A program made the position numbers and the translations under genes. Under the pieces are notes generated by a model. The model saw only the letters and a list, made by a program, of their open reading frames with translations, had not been told where the DNA came from and searched no databases. This document shows positions 44,722 through 55,009 of a stretch of 64,000 bases of DNA, piece by piece. Position 1 is the stretch's first letter. Each line of letters opens with the position of its first letter. Location: NCBI GenBank assembly GCA_963836075.1, contig CAWIIB010000009.1, positions 3,330,442-3,394,441 on the forward strand, read 5' to 3'. Origin of the DNA: an uncultured Acidobacteriota bacterium. Its GTDB lineage: Bacteria > Acidobacteriota > JAQAZP01.

Positions 44722-44958
44722 GGGTTTTCCCTTTCCGTTCGTTGACTATTACACTTTGTGACTGAGAGCGCGGATATTGTAGCACACCGTTTTTCATTCA
44801 GGGAATCCCGGCGCGCACATTTCGGGACCTGACCCCGAAAATGTGCACATGTCGTCCCCTGGCCTGGGGGTACGGAAAAAAGCCCGAACCGTTCCGATGA
44901 TCCGGGGCATTTTGAACTGCAGGGCCGGCGGTGATTGCTCACCGCCGGCCATTGTTGA

Positions 44959-47900
44959 TCAATAGTCGGATTCGGGCAGGCCCATTCCGGAGCGGTCGGG
45001 CCATGCGGGAACCGGGGCCGCCTTGAAAGCGCCGGTCTTCGCTTCCTCGATCATCTGTTCGATGGCCCGGTCCAGCTGCGGGTCACCGCCGTCCACCATC
45101 AGGGCCGGGTCATCCAGCACCTCGATGTCTGGATCCACGCCGTGGCCCTCGATGCCCCAGGTGCCGTCAATGTCGTAGAAGGCGAAGGACGGGGTGGTCA
45201 CGCCGGCGCCGTCCAGCAGCGGCGGGCCGCCGCCGATGCCCACCAGACCGCCCCAGGTGCGGGTGCCGATCAGCTTGCCCAGTTTGTTGTGCTTGAAGAG
45301 GTAGGGAAAGTGGTCCCCGCCCGATCCGGCCAGGCCGTTGATCAGCATGCACTTGGGACCGTGGTGCGCGTCCTGGGGCCAGACCACCTGGCCCTTGAGG
45401 TCACGGACCGACCAGTAGTTGGTGATCGGCCGGTTGAGCAGTTCGATGAAGCGGGTGGGCACCTGGCCGCCGCCGTTCCAGCGTTCGTCGATGATCAACG
45501 CTTCCTTCTCGATCTGGCCCACGAACTGGCGCACCAGTTCACTCTGGCCCTGGATGCCGGTATTGGGCACGTAGATATAGCCCACCTTGCCGCCCGATTT
45601 GCGGTCCACATACTGCCGGTTGGCTTCCACCCAGGCCCGGTAGCGCAGGTCGCCGTCGTTGCCCAGCAGCTCAACCAGCACCTGGCGGTCATTTTCACCG
45701 CTATTCGGCTCTTCGCTCACCGTCAGACGCACGGTCTGCCCGGCCTTGCCCACAAAGGAGGCCCAGGGGTCGCGATTCGTGTCCACCGGAACGCCGTTAA
45801 CCGCCAGCAGGTAGTCACCGACCTTGACGTCCACTCCGGGCTGGCTCAGCGGGCCGCGGGCATCCACGTCCCAGGGGCCGCCCTCGAGAATCAGCGAGAT
45901 GCGGTAAGCGCCGTCGTTCAACTCGAAGTCACAGCCCAGCATGCCGGTGGGCAGTTGGGGCGGGTTCTCGTTGTCACCGCCGAAGTAGTAGGTGTGGCCA
46001 ACGTTCAGCTCGGCGATCAGTTCGCGGAGAATGAAGCCCACGTCCTCGCGGGAGGTGCACTCCTCGATGAGCGGGGCATACTGCTCACGGACGGCTTCCC
46101 AGTTCAGGCCGTGCATGTTGGGGTCGTAGAAGAAATCGCGCTCGCGGCGCCAGACTTCGTTGAAGATCTGCCGCCACTCCTCGCGGGGGTTCACCGTGGC
46201 CAGCATGCCGCCGGTGGGAACCATCTCCTCCAGCTTCTGGTCCGCAGCGGCGTTGATGATCGCCATCGCCCCGCCCTCGTTGACCACCAGCAGCTTCTTG
46301 CCGTCGGCGGAAATGTCCACCAGGTTGACCCCGCCGGCCACCGTTTTGACCTTCTCCTTCTCGTCGTCGAAGTCGAAGAGGTGGATGGTGGGTGGCCCCT
46401 GGGTCCCGGGAGCCGGGGCCTTGGCAAAGATCAGCTTGTTTCCGTCGTTGACACAGAGGCCGAAGAAGGCGCCCTTGTCCATGGGCAGGGCGATGGCCCG
46501 CTGTTCGAACCCCTCGAGGTCTATTTTCAAGGGGTCTTCTTCCTCTTCCTCAGCTTCGCCATCCTTGTCCTTGTCTTCGCCCTCGTCTCCGTCCTTGGCC
46601 TCTCCGTCCTCCTTCTCATCGCCGTTTTCGTCCTTCTCCTCCTCGATCTCCTCGTCGTCGCTCTTCGGGGCCAGCGGGTTTTCCACGTCGGCGTTCAGCG
46701 GCACGGCGTAGAGCCGGTCGGTGGCGGTGTAGACCCAGGTGGTGTCCACGTCGGAGTAAATCGGACTGCTGAAGTCACGATTGCTGGCGAAAAAGAGAAA
46801 CTTGCCTTCACGGTCGAAAGTGGGCCAGGTGATGCCGAACATCGTGTCGGTCACCTGGTGCTTTTTACCGGCGGCCATCTCGTAGAGGAAGATCTGGTTC
46901 GGACCGCGAAGGCTGGTGCCGCGGGCCCAGGCCAGCCAGTTGGAGTCGTGGGACCAGCTGAGGCTGGTTGCTCCCGGGCCCAGCTGTTCCTCGATCACCT
47001 TCGCTTCCTTTGATTCAACATTGTAGAGATAGAGTTTGCCGCTTTTTTCCCAGAAGGCGATCCACTCGCTGTCCGGGGACCAGTTGGCCGCGAAGTAGTA
47101 GGAGGGCGGCAGGTCGGTGACCCTTTCCGCTTCAGCCGGAGCTGTCGGCGGCACTGATGTAGAGCTGGTATTCACCGGTCCCGTCGGAGAACCAGGCGAT
47201 CCACTTCTTGTCCGGGCTGAACGTCGGATAGCGCTCGGCGGCACCGCTGGTGCGGGTGAAGTTCACCGGCGAGCCGTTTTTGGCCGGCAAAGTCCAGACG
47301 TCGCCCCGGGCGCCCACGGCAACCCGTTTGCCGGTGGGGGAGAGGGAGCGGCTGAACAGCGATTCGGAGGCGTCCTTTATCTGGGGACGGATCTGGGGAC
47401 GGGCGCCGGGGATGGTGACCTGCACCGCAGTGCTGCCGCCACCGGCCAGGTCGAGCAGGCGCAGCTCGGCGCCCAGCTGGTAGACAATCTGGTTCGGGCC
47501 GATGGAAGGCCATTTCACGTCATAGGAGGCGTGGTCGGTCACCTGGGTGCGTGTGCCGTTCTTCGTATCGTAGGACCAGATGTTCAGCCGGTGTTCCGGG
47601 CCGTTGTCCGAGAGGTAGTAGAGGGTATCGCCGTGCCACATGGGGTAGGTGTCGGTACCTTCCCAGTCGGTGATCTTTTTGGAAGTGTTCTTCTTCAGGT
47701 TAATCAGCCAGATATCGGTGGCCATCCCGCCGCGGTAGCGTTTCCAGTTGCGGAAGTCCCGGGAGTGGGGGGTGTAGGCCAGCCACTTGCCGTCGTCGCT
47801 CACCGCGCCGTTGGCGCCGTAGGGCACCGGCATCTTTTCCGGCAGGCCGCCGTCCGCCGCCACCGTGAACAGCTCCCTGGTGCGGGGGTTGAGGCCGATA

Positions 47901-48298
47901 CCGCCGGCGTAAAAGATCAGTTCACCGTCCGGGGTCCAGTCGCAGAGCGTCTCGCCGGTGGGGTGGTGGGTCACCCGGAACGGTTCGCCGCCGGCCACCG
48001 GGATGGTGTAGAGGTCCTGGCCACCGTCGTAGTTGCCCATGAAGGCGATGGTCTTGCCGTCGGGACTGAACTTGGGGAATACCTCGCCCCCGGGCGGGCT
48101 GGCCAACGGCACGGCCGTGCCGCCGGTGACCGGGACCAGCCAGAGGTCATTGGAGTAGCGGAAGACGATATGCGAGTCACTGACATCAGGGAAGCGGATC
48201 ATTCCGGTGTCCGATGTTCCCGCCCAGGCCGTTGCCCCGGCCAGGGCCAGGATGGTGATCAGCAGGGGTATCCCTGTCCAGAACCGTTTTCCGCTCAT
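44959..48298 (-). pseudogene. Tricorn-protease homologue (PD40 propellers plus S41 peptidase), frame broken near 47134
   Basis: The N-terminal part (ORF 47132..48448) has its true start at ATG 48298 with an AAGGAGAG RBS and a signal peptide. The C-terminal part is ORF 44959..47244. Deleting A47134 reads ...GEYQLYISAADSSGEAERVTDLPPSYYF... Confidence 0.75.
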
Positions 48299-48689
48299 CT
48301 GACGCTCTCCTTTGTTTGATGGCTCCCCGGCCCGATGGCGCCGCAACCCTGCGCCGCCACAGTTATGGGGGATCGTCACTCCCCAACCGCCGGCCGGCGG
48401 CCGGGAGTCGATTCGTAACATGAGTGAACATACACCGGAGTTCCGCACCCCAGGCTCCAGGCCGGAAGTCCGCTCTCACCCCGGTATTTCCCTTCTATAA
48501 CGCAGAAGGAAGCTCCAGGTTCCATTAATGATGGAACGTGTTTGTCTACTATATCAGCAGTTTACCCTGTGGGGATAGTGAAGCGGGGTTGGTTCAGGTC
48601 ATGGTCTATTGCTCCTCGCACCGGTCGCGTAACGCTCCGACGTCGCTCGGATGCAACAAAGCATGATCTGAACTCAATTTTTGGAGTAT

Positions 48690-49265
48690 TTACCAGGGGT
48701 TGAGGAAGACCTGGGTGAGGTGGTAAATGTTGCCATCCTTCCAGATACCCACGCCGGTCTCGCGGAATTCGGAAGTGAGGATGTTGGCCCGGTGCCCGTC
48801 GCTCTTCATCCAGCCGTCGATGGCCGTCTCCACCGGGTCGCTGAAGTTGATGTTCTTGGCGATGTTCTCCGCCACCAGGGCGAAGCGGATTCCTTCGGCG
48901 CGTAGCCGGTCGGCCACGTCGTTGCCGGCGGGATCAGAGTGGCCGAAAAATCCGAAACGGTTCATCCGGAAGCTGAATCCCCGTGAAATCCGGTTGAGGT
49001 CCTCGTTGGGCTCCAGGGGATCGAGGGCGTGAAACAGGCGGATGGCATTGATCTCTTCCAGCAGCCGCTGCTCCATGCCGGCCACCTCCTCAGACTGGGG
49101 TCCCCCTCCCGCCGGCCGGGTAATGGTGACCGCTTCGGCGGAGCGGCTGCTCAACTGGCTGTGGCTTCCCCCGGCCGACACGGGCGGGCCGGCCAGGAAC
49201 AGCGCTGCCAGGATCAGCATCGCTGCGGCCGAAACCATTCGGATCGGTTGTGCTCTATCGATCAT
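48690..49265 (-). CDS. Secreted CAP/SCP/PR1-like domain protein
   Basis: FGFFGHSDPAG...AENIA...AIDGWMKSDGHRANIL. GGAGG lies 6 nt before ATG 49265. Confidence 0.7.
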   Translation of the reverse strand: MIDRAQPIRMVSAAAMLILAALFLAGPPVSAGGSHSQLSSRSAEAVTITRPAGGGPQSEEVAGMEQRLLEEINAIRLFHALDPLEPNEDLNRISRGFSFRMNRFGFFGHSDPAGNDVADRLRAEGIRFALVAENIAKNINFSDPVETAIDGWMKSDGHRANILTSEFRETGVGIWKDGNIYHLTQVFLNPW

Positions 49266-49388
49266 CGATCCCTCCCAGTGACATTCCCTCTCTAATTTTG
49301 CCACAGGTGAGCGAATCCAGCTGACCGAAGTACAAAAAAAGGCCGCCGGAAGTTCCGGCGGCCGGCTGTCGGTTCCCGCTTCCCGGGA

Positions 49389-50279
49389 TTATTTCTGCTT
49401 CAACAGGACGTTGCCGCTGAAGGTGTTGATCTCTATCTTTCCGCCGCTCGACCCGGCCGGCGCATCCCAGTGCACGGTGCCCTTGCTGTACTCGTCGGAG
49501 ATGCCCTTCAGCCCGAACTCGTTGTTGATCTTGCCGCTGAAGGTATCCACCGAGAGCTCGGCGGCCAGGCTGCTCAGCAGGAAGACAACGTCTCCGCTGT
49601 GGGAATCCACCTCCACCCACACATTGCTGTCCAGGTCGATGTCGAACTGCAGGTTGCCGGAAACGGTTTCCGCGGTGAGGTTGCTGAACGTGCCGCCCTC
49701 CACCAGGAAGTCTCCGCTCACCGTGTTTCCGGACAGCCGGCCGCTGACACCGCGGAGGCGGATGTCGCCGCTGACACTGTCCACCTCTGTAATCGCCGAC
49801 TGGCATTCCAGGCTGATCTCGCCGCTCACCGTGGAGACCTCGGCCTCGCCGGAACCGCAGACCGCGGTGATGTCGCCGCTTACCGCCGCCAGTTCGATGT
49901 CACCGTCAAAATCGTTGAGTTCGATGTTGGCGCTAACCGTGGAGACATCAAGCGTGCAGTTGCTGGGCACGCTGATCACCAGGTGCGTCGGCTTGACGTT
50001 CCGCGATTGCTTGGGCAGCACCACTTCGATCTCCATCCGCGACGAGTCGCCGCTGATCCGCAGCTCTTCGGTGCCCTTGCCCAGGGTGCCGCTGACCTTG
50101 ACCTCGTTGCTGCCCCAGCCGGTGATCTTAACCGAACCACTGATGTTGGAGACCGAGAGGGTCGCTGAACTGTCCAGCGTCCGGGTCTCGTTGATTTCGG
50201 TCTGCGCCGCCAGGGGGGCGGCCATCAGCACCAGGATCACGCTCAGAGCCGCCGGGATCATCCACTTCATTCTGTTCAT
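49389..50279 (-). CDS. DUF4097-family beta-strand-repeat protein (putative adhesin)
   Basis: Signal peptide. Repeated VSG(D/E)I...(V/L) units (SGSVKITG, VSANIELN, VSGDITAV, VSGEISLE, VSGDIRLR). Confidence 0.65.
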   Translation of the reverse strand: MNRMKWMIPAALSVILVLMAAPLAAQTEINETRTLDSSATLSVSNISGSVKITGWGSNEVKVSGTLGKGTEELRISGDSSRMEIEVVLPKQSRNVKPTHLVISVPSNCTLDVSTVSANIELNDFDGDIELAAVSGDITAVCGSGEAEVSTVSGEISLECQSAITEVDSVSGDIRLRGVSGRLSGNTVSGDFLVEGGTFSNLTAETVSGNLQFDIDLDSNVWVEVDSHSGDVVFLLSSLAAELSVDTFSGKINNEFGLKGISDEYSKGTVHWDAPAGSSGGKIEINTFSGNVLLKQK

Positions 50280-50355
50280 CGTTTCATCTCCTTTATTTGC
50301 CAACATCATCTCGGTTATAAATGCTGTCATCTCAAATCGGTTTTATATCAACGGG

Positions 50356-51033
50356 TCACGACTCGCTGGCCATGCGGATCGCCCTTCCCTGGAGGGCCAT
50401 CTTTGCCCGGTAGGCCGAGGTGAGCAATCGGGTAAGGCCCGGTTCGTCCGGCGAGGCCACCCAGGCCGCCCGCGCTTCGGCGATGGCCCGGTCCACCACA
50501 GGCATGCTCTGCTGGAGCATATGACTCACCGGGCCGCTGTGGCCGTTGTATGATGCCAGTTCCTGCTCTCCCTGCTGGCACTCGGCCTCCAGGGCCAGCA
50601 GCACCGCATCGGTTTCCGGATAGTTCACCGCTCCGGCCGGCACACCGGTACGGGAAACGTCTTCCCCGGCAGGGACCAGCGGTTTGGTGTTGAACGACGA
50701 TATGCAGAGCACACCCACCACGGCCGCGGTGGCCAGGGCGGTGGGCCAGGACCAGCTAAAGAAGCCGAGGCGCCGCAGCAGCCTGGCGCCGTAGCTCTCC
50801 ACTGCCGCCTTCTTGGGCCGGGTCGCTTCGGCGATGGCCGGCCAGAGGTCCCGGGGCGGCTCGATGACCCGGGGCAGGGCAGCGGCCCCCTCTAGAACCT
50901 GCTTCAGCCCCTCCAGCTCGCGGCGGCAGGTCACGCACTGCCGGACGTGATTTTGCAGGTCCGTCACCATCGGGGCCTCCAGTACGCCGTCGATATAGTC
51001 GTTCAGGAGTTCAGCTGCACTATCGTGTTTCAT
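50356..51033 (-). CDS. Anti-sigma factor (zf-HC2)
   Basis: N-terminal H-x3-C-x2-C (HVRQCVTCRRELE) and one TM segment. Overlaps the sigma gene by 4 nt. Confidence 0.7.
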   Translation of the reverse strand: MKHDSAAELLNDYIDGVLEAPMVTDLQNHVRQCVTCRRELEGLKQVLEGAAALPRVIEPPRDLWPAIAEATRPKKAAVESYGARLLRRLGFFSWSWPTALATAAVVGVLCISSFNTKPLVPAGEDVSRTGVPAGAVNYPETDAVLLALEAECQQGEQELASYNGHSGPVSHMLQQSMPVVDRAIAEARAAWVASPDEPGLTRLLTSAYRAKMALQGRAIRMASES

Positions 51034-51659
51034 GGCTTTACCTCCCGGACAGTTGTTTCCATTGCCGTGCGGAGCAGTTTCCGCGCCCGGTGCAGCTGGG
51101 CTTTGATAGTTCCCTCGGCCAGACCGGTGAGCGCCGCGATTTCACGGTGCCGGAACCCCTCCACGTCGTGGAGCACGAACGCGGTCCTGGCCCCGTGGGG
51201 CAGACGGGCCATCGCCCGTTCGAGATCCAGGGCCCGGTCCGGTTCGGTGCTGCTGGTGCCGCCGGCCCCGGCCTGCAGCAGGCTGTTGCCGTCCGCGGCC
51301 AGCCACTTCGACTCCCTTTTTCTGCTGCGCCGGTCCTCCAGCACCATATTCACCGTCAGCCGGCGGAGCCAGGCAGCAAAGGGGCCCTCGGCCCTGAACG
51401 AGTCGAGCTTGCGCCAGACCTTGACAAAGACGTCCTGGGTCAGCGATTCGGCCAGCGCCGGATCTCCGGTGATACGGAGACAGAGGGCGTATACCCGGCC
51501 GGCGTGCATCTTGTAGAGCGCTTCGAATGACCGGCTGTCGCCGCACCGGGCTCTGTTTACCAGTTCATTCACCGCCGGGTCCGCATCGTCGGCCAGCATT
51601 CTGTTCTCCGTTGCCGTGCCCAGGTCCATCAGGATCTCCCCGAAAATTTCCGTATTCAC
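51030..51659 (-). CDS. ECF (group 4) sigma-70 family factor
   Basis: Region 2 (DVFVKVW) and region 4 (FVLHDVEGFRHREIAALTGLAEGTIKAQLHRAR). The start codon is uncertain. Confidence 0.85.
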   Translation of the reverse strand: MNTEIFGEILMDLGTATENRMLADDADPAVNELVNRARCGDSRSFEALYKMHAGRVYALCLRITGDPALAESLTQDVFVKVWRKLDSFRAEGPFAAWLRRLTVNMVLEDRRSRKRESKWLAADGNSLLQAGAGGTSSTEPDRALDLERAMARLPHGARTAFVLHDVEGFRHREIAALTGLAEGTIKAQLHRARKLLRTAMETTVREVKP

Positions 51660-51762
51660 ACTACTGACGGCAAAAAGGGGCAGAGGGTTTGAATCGATGA
51701 GTGCTTTTTATGATTTTTCCGGTCTGACGGGGGATTGTCAACCGGGGTGGGGTCTATTGTTC

Positions 51763-51817
51763 TGTCATTGCGAGCCGCTGACCTGCGGGCACCTCAGGTC
51801 AGCGGCTCGCAATGACA
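51763..51817. repeat. Perfect 23-bp inverted repeat (9-nt loop) downstream of ugd
   Basis: TGTCATTGCGAGCCGCTGACCTG, cgggcacct, CAGGTCAGCGGCTCGCAATGACA. There is no flanking U-tract on either strand. Confidence 0.8.
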
Positions 51818-51827
51818 ATACGGGGTT

Positions 51828-53213
51828 TTACAGGTGGCTCAGCGCCGGCTTGCCAATGGGGTACACATTGAAGCCGATGCGGAAAAGCTCTTTATGGTCG
51901 AGGATGTTTCGCCCGTCAAAGACAAAGGCCGGTTTTTCCATCGCCGCATATATCTTCTCGTAATCCAGTGTCTTGTAGAGCTTCCACTCGGTGATCACGG
52001 CGATGGCGTGCGCCCCCGCAGCGGCCTTGTAGGGATCTGGCTCCAGCTCCACCCGGTCAATCACGTCCTCCAGGTCGATCCTGGCATTTTTAAGCGCCTG
52101 GGGATCGGTGATCACCACGCGGGCATGTTCCTCCAGCAGTTTGCGGGTGATGTAGATCGCCGGTGACTCACGGGTGTCGCCGGTGTCGGCTTTGAATGCG
52201 AATCCGAAGAGGGCCACTCTCTTTCCGGCGATGGTGTTGAACATGGCGTGACCCATGTTCTCCACGAACCGCGCCTCCTGCCATTCGTTGATCTTGACCA
52301 CGTTTTCCCAGTAGTTGGCCACCTCATCCAGACCGTAGTGCTCGCAGATGTAGACCAGGTTGAGGATGTCCTTCTTGAAGCAGGAACCGCCGAACCCCAC
52401 GCTGGCGTTGAGGAACTTGGGGTTGATCCGCGAGTCGGTGCCGATGGCGTGGGCCACCCGCGAGACGTCGGCGCCGGTTTTCTCGCAAAGGGCCGAGATG
52501 CTGTTGATCGAGGAGATCCGCTGGGCCAGGAAGGCGTTGGCCACCAGCTTGGACAGTTCGGCGCTCCAGACATCACAGGTCAGGATCCGCTCCCGGGGCA
52601 CCCAGTTGGCGTAGATATCCACCACCGACTGCCGGGCCTTGATCCCCTGCTCGGTCTCCCGCGAACCGATGAGCACCCGGTCGGGGGCCTCCAGGTCGGC
52701 CACCGCCGTTCCCTCGGCCAGAAACTCGGGATTGGAGAGCACGTCGAAGTGCAGACCCTTGTCGTTGGTGTGCAGGATCCGCTCCATGGCCTTGGCCGTG
52801 CGGACCGGCAGGGTGCTTTTCTCGATGATGATCTTGTCTGAAGTGGACGCGCTGAGGATGTCCCGGGCCGTCTTTTCCCAGTACTGCAGGTCGGCAGTCT
52901 TGCCCGCACCCCGGCCGTAGGTCTTGGTTGGGGTATTGACCGAGACAAAGATGATCTCCGCGTCCTCGATGTTCCTGGTGATCTCAGTGGTAAAAAAGAG
53001 GTTGCGCCCCCTGGCGATTTTCACCACCTCGAGCAGGCCCGGTTCGTAGATCGGCAGCTCGTCGCTCTGCCACTCCTCGATCCGCACCGGGTTGATGTCG
53101 GCCACGGTGACTTTGTACTGCGGGCACTTGGCTGCGATCATCGCCATGGTGGGACCGCCAACATACCCGGCGCCGATGCAGAGGATGTGCTTTTCAAACT
53201 GTTCAGAGGCCAT
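51828..53213 (-). CDS. ugd: UDP-glucose 6-dehydrogenase
   Basis: ILCIGAGYVGGPTMA and GFGGSCFKKD (catalytic Cys), 461 aa. Confidence 0.9.
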   Translation of the reverse strand: MASEQFEKHILCIGAGYVGGPTMAMIAAKCPQYKVTVADINPVRIEEWQSDELPIYEPGLLEVVKIARGRNLFFTTEITRNIEDAEIIFVSVNTPTKTYGRGAGKTADLQYWEKTARDILSASTSDKIIIEKSTLPVRTAKAMERILHTNDKGLHFDVLSNPEFLAEGTAVADLEAPDRVLIGSRETEQGIKARQSVVDIYANWVPRERILTCDVWSAELSKLVANAFLAQRISSINSISALCEKTGADVSRVAHAIGTDSRINPKFLNASVGFGGSCFKKDILNLVYICEHYGLDEVANYWENVVKINEWQEARFVENMGHAMFNTIAGKRVALFGFAFKADTGDTRESPAIYITRKLLEEHARVVITDPQALKNARIDLEDVIDRVELEPDPYKAAAGAHAIAVITEWKLYKTLDYEKIYAAMEKPAFVFDGRNILDHKELFRIGFNVYPIGKPALSHL

Positions 53214-53345
53214 GCTCTTCTGTGCTCCTGCTCGATATGATTGTCTGTATGGCTCGATGCACCCCCACGTGCATGAAGGTTCACTTTCTTTTCGCCCCAG
53301 CGGCTCCGGATCTTGAGCCGCAGCCTGGCGAAAAGAAGCATTCTA

Positions 53346-53783
53346 TTAATGTTGGCCGGAATTCACAAGCTCCGGAAGGGCCGGGCGCACCTTGATCACG
53401 GTTTCCTTGCGGATGTGGACCGTGCCCCGCTTGTGGCCCCGGGCCTTGGATACGAAGCGGGCGCGGGTACAGGAGACCGGGGTGACTCCGCCATTCCGGG
53501 CCTTGCTGTGCCAGGCGGCGATGGCTGCCGCCATCTTCAGCGTTTCGCGGTCCGGCTCTTCACCCTCCCGGGCGCGGAGCAGCACGTGGCTGCCCGACAT
53601 GCCGCGAACATGGAACCACCAGTCGTTGGGCCGGGCCAGCTTTATGCTCAGCCGGTCGTTGGCCGCGTCGGTGCGGCCGGCCAGCACCACCCAGCCATGG
53701 GGCAGGTCGTAACGGCGGATGTCGTCGGCCAGGTTGTCGTCATCTTCAATGGGCGGTTTCCCGGGCACGTCGGGTCTCCTCAT
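53346..53783 (-). CDS. NFACT RNA-binding (DUF814) domain protein
   Basis: WWFHVRGMSGSHVLL...AAAIAAWHSKAR pattern. Confidence 0.6.
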   Translation of the reverse strand: MRRPDVPGKPPIEDDDNLADDIRRYDLPHGWVVLAGRTDAANDRLSIKLARPNDWWFHVRGMSGSHVLLRAREGEEPDRETLKMAAAIAAWHSKARNGGVTPVSCTRARFVSKARGHKRGTVHIRKETVIKVRPALPELVNSGQH

Positions 53784-53983
53784 GGATCAGGAATTCTGCT
53801 GGGTCAGAGATATCATACTGAAGATTCACGAAATCGTGAACTGAACGGCAATCGTCACCCGGAGAAATCTTGACTCCCGAATAAGATGCCACTATTCTCT
53901 GATATCCCTCTGGACATTTAGAGGTATGAATCGCTGCATAGAATTTGGGCGGGCCGTTCCGGCCGCTCTGGAAGGAGATTGAC

Positions 53984-54763
53984 ATGAATCGTTTGAAGAT
54001 CATTGCCATGGCGCTGGCGGTCATCATGATGATCGCCGGATTCGCCGAAGCCCGCGGGCAGAGCGCTGAAGATCCGAGCCAGGCCAGCCCGGCTTCCCCG
54101 GCGGCGGCAAGCCTGAGCGACTACGAGAAGAACTCCCTTCTGCTGATGCGCCAGGAGGAAAAACTGGCCCGTGACGTGTATCTGACTCTGGGCGAGAAGT
54201 ACAACCTGCCGGTATTCAACAACATCCCCCAGGCCGAACAACGCCACATGGACCAGTTGGGACAGTTGCTGGAGAAATACGGCATGGACGATCCAGTTGC
54301 GGGGCTGGCGCGGGGAAAGTTTAACAGCGGCGAGATGCAGAGCCTCTATAACAAGTTGGTGGCCCAGGGCAGCAAGAGTCTCGCGGATGCTCTGCAGGCA
54401 GGTGCCACCATCGAAGACATGGACATTCACGATCTGGAGCAGGCCCTGGCCGGGGGCGTGGACAACCGGGACATGGTGCGGGTGTACCGCAACCTGGCCA
54501 AGGGTTCACGCAACCACATGCGGGCCTTCACCTCGCAGTTGAAGGCCCATGATGCGGTATACAAGGCCCAGTATATTTCCCAGGCTGATCTGGAGGCGAT
54601 TATGAACTCCGACTGGGAACGCGGCCCGGCTGACGGCCAGGGGCATGGCAGGCAGGGGCGTGGCGGCAAAGGCCGGGGACAGGGGCGCGGCCAGGGGGGG
54701 GGCCATGGCCAGGGCGGAGCTCCGGCGGATTCCGGCCAATCTGCTGATTCGGACAAGCCCTGA
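53984..54763 (+). CDS. Secreted DUF2202 ferritin-like protein with an (R/H)G(Q/G)G-repeat tail
   Basis: Signal peptide. LLLMRQEEKLARDVYLTL...NIPQAEQRHMDQL. The tail reads GQGHGRQGRGGKGRGQGRGQGGGHGQGG. Confidence 0.7.
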   Translation: MNRLKIIAMALAVIMMIAGFAEARGQSAEDPSQASPASPAAASLSDYEKNSLLLMRQEEKLARDVYLTLGEKYNLPVFNNIPQAEQRHMDQLGQLLEKYGMDDPVAGLARGKFNSGEMQSLYNKLVAQGSKSLADALQAGATIEDMDIHDLEQALAGGVDNRDMVRVYRNLAKGSRNHMRAFTSQLKAHDAVYKAQYISQADLEAIMNSDWERGPADGQGHGRQGRGGKGRGQGRGQGGGHGQGGAPADSGQSADSDKP

Positions 54764-55009
54764 TATTGCAGTGGAATAAGTTCCCGCTCTCCCATTGCTC
54801 CTTGCATCGGGCACCACGCGGGAACTATAGTAAATACACAAGAAGTTGATTTTGCCCGGGAGCGTTGCGGCGGTTCCCGGGTTCTATTTCTTCATTCATC
54901 CATAACCGCTCGTTCTCCCCGCCACCGGTCGATATTCTCCCACTCGACACAGGGCAGTACCGTCATCGGACAGGGGAATTGGTAACAACCGCCGAGGAGG
55001 CTCCTGAAC

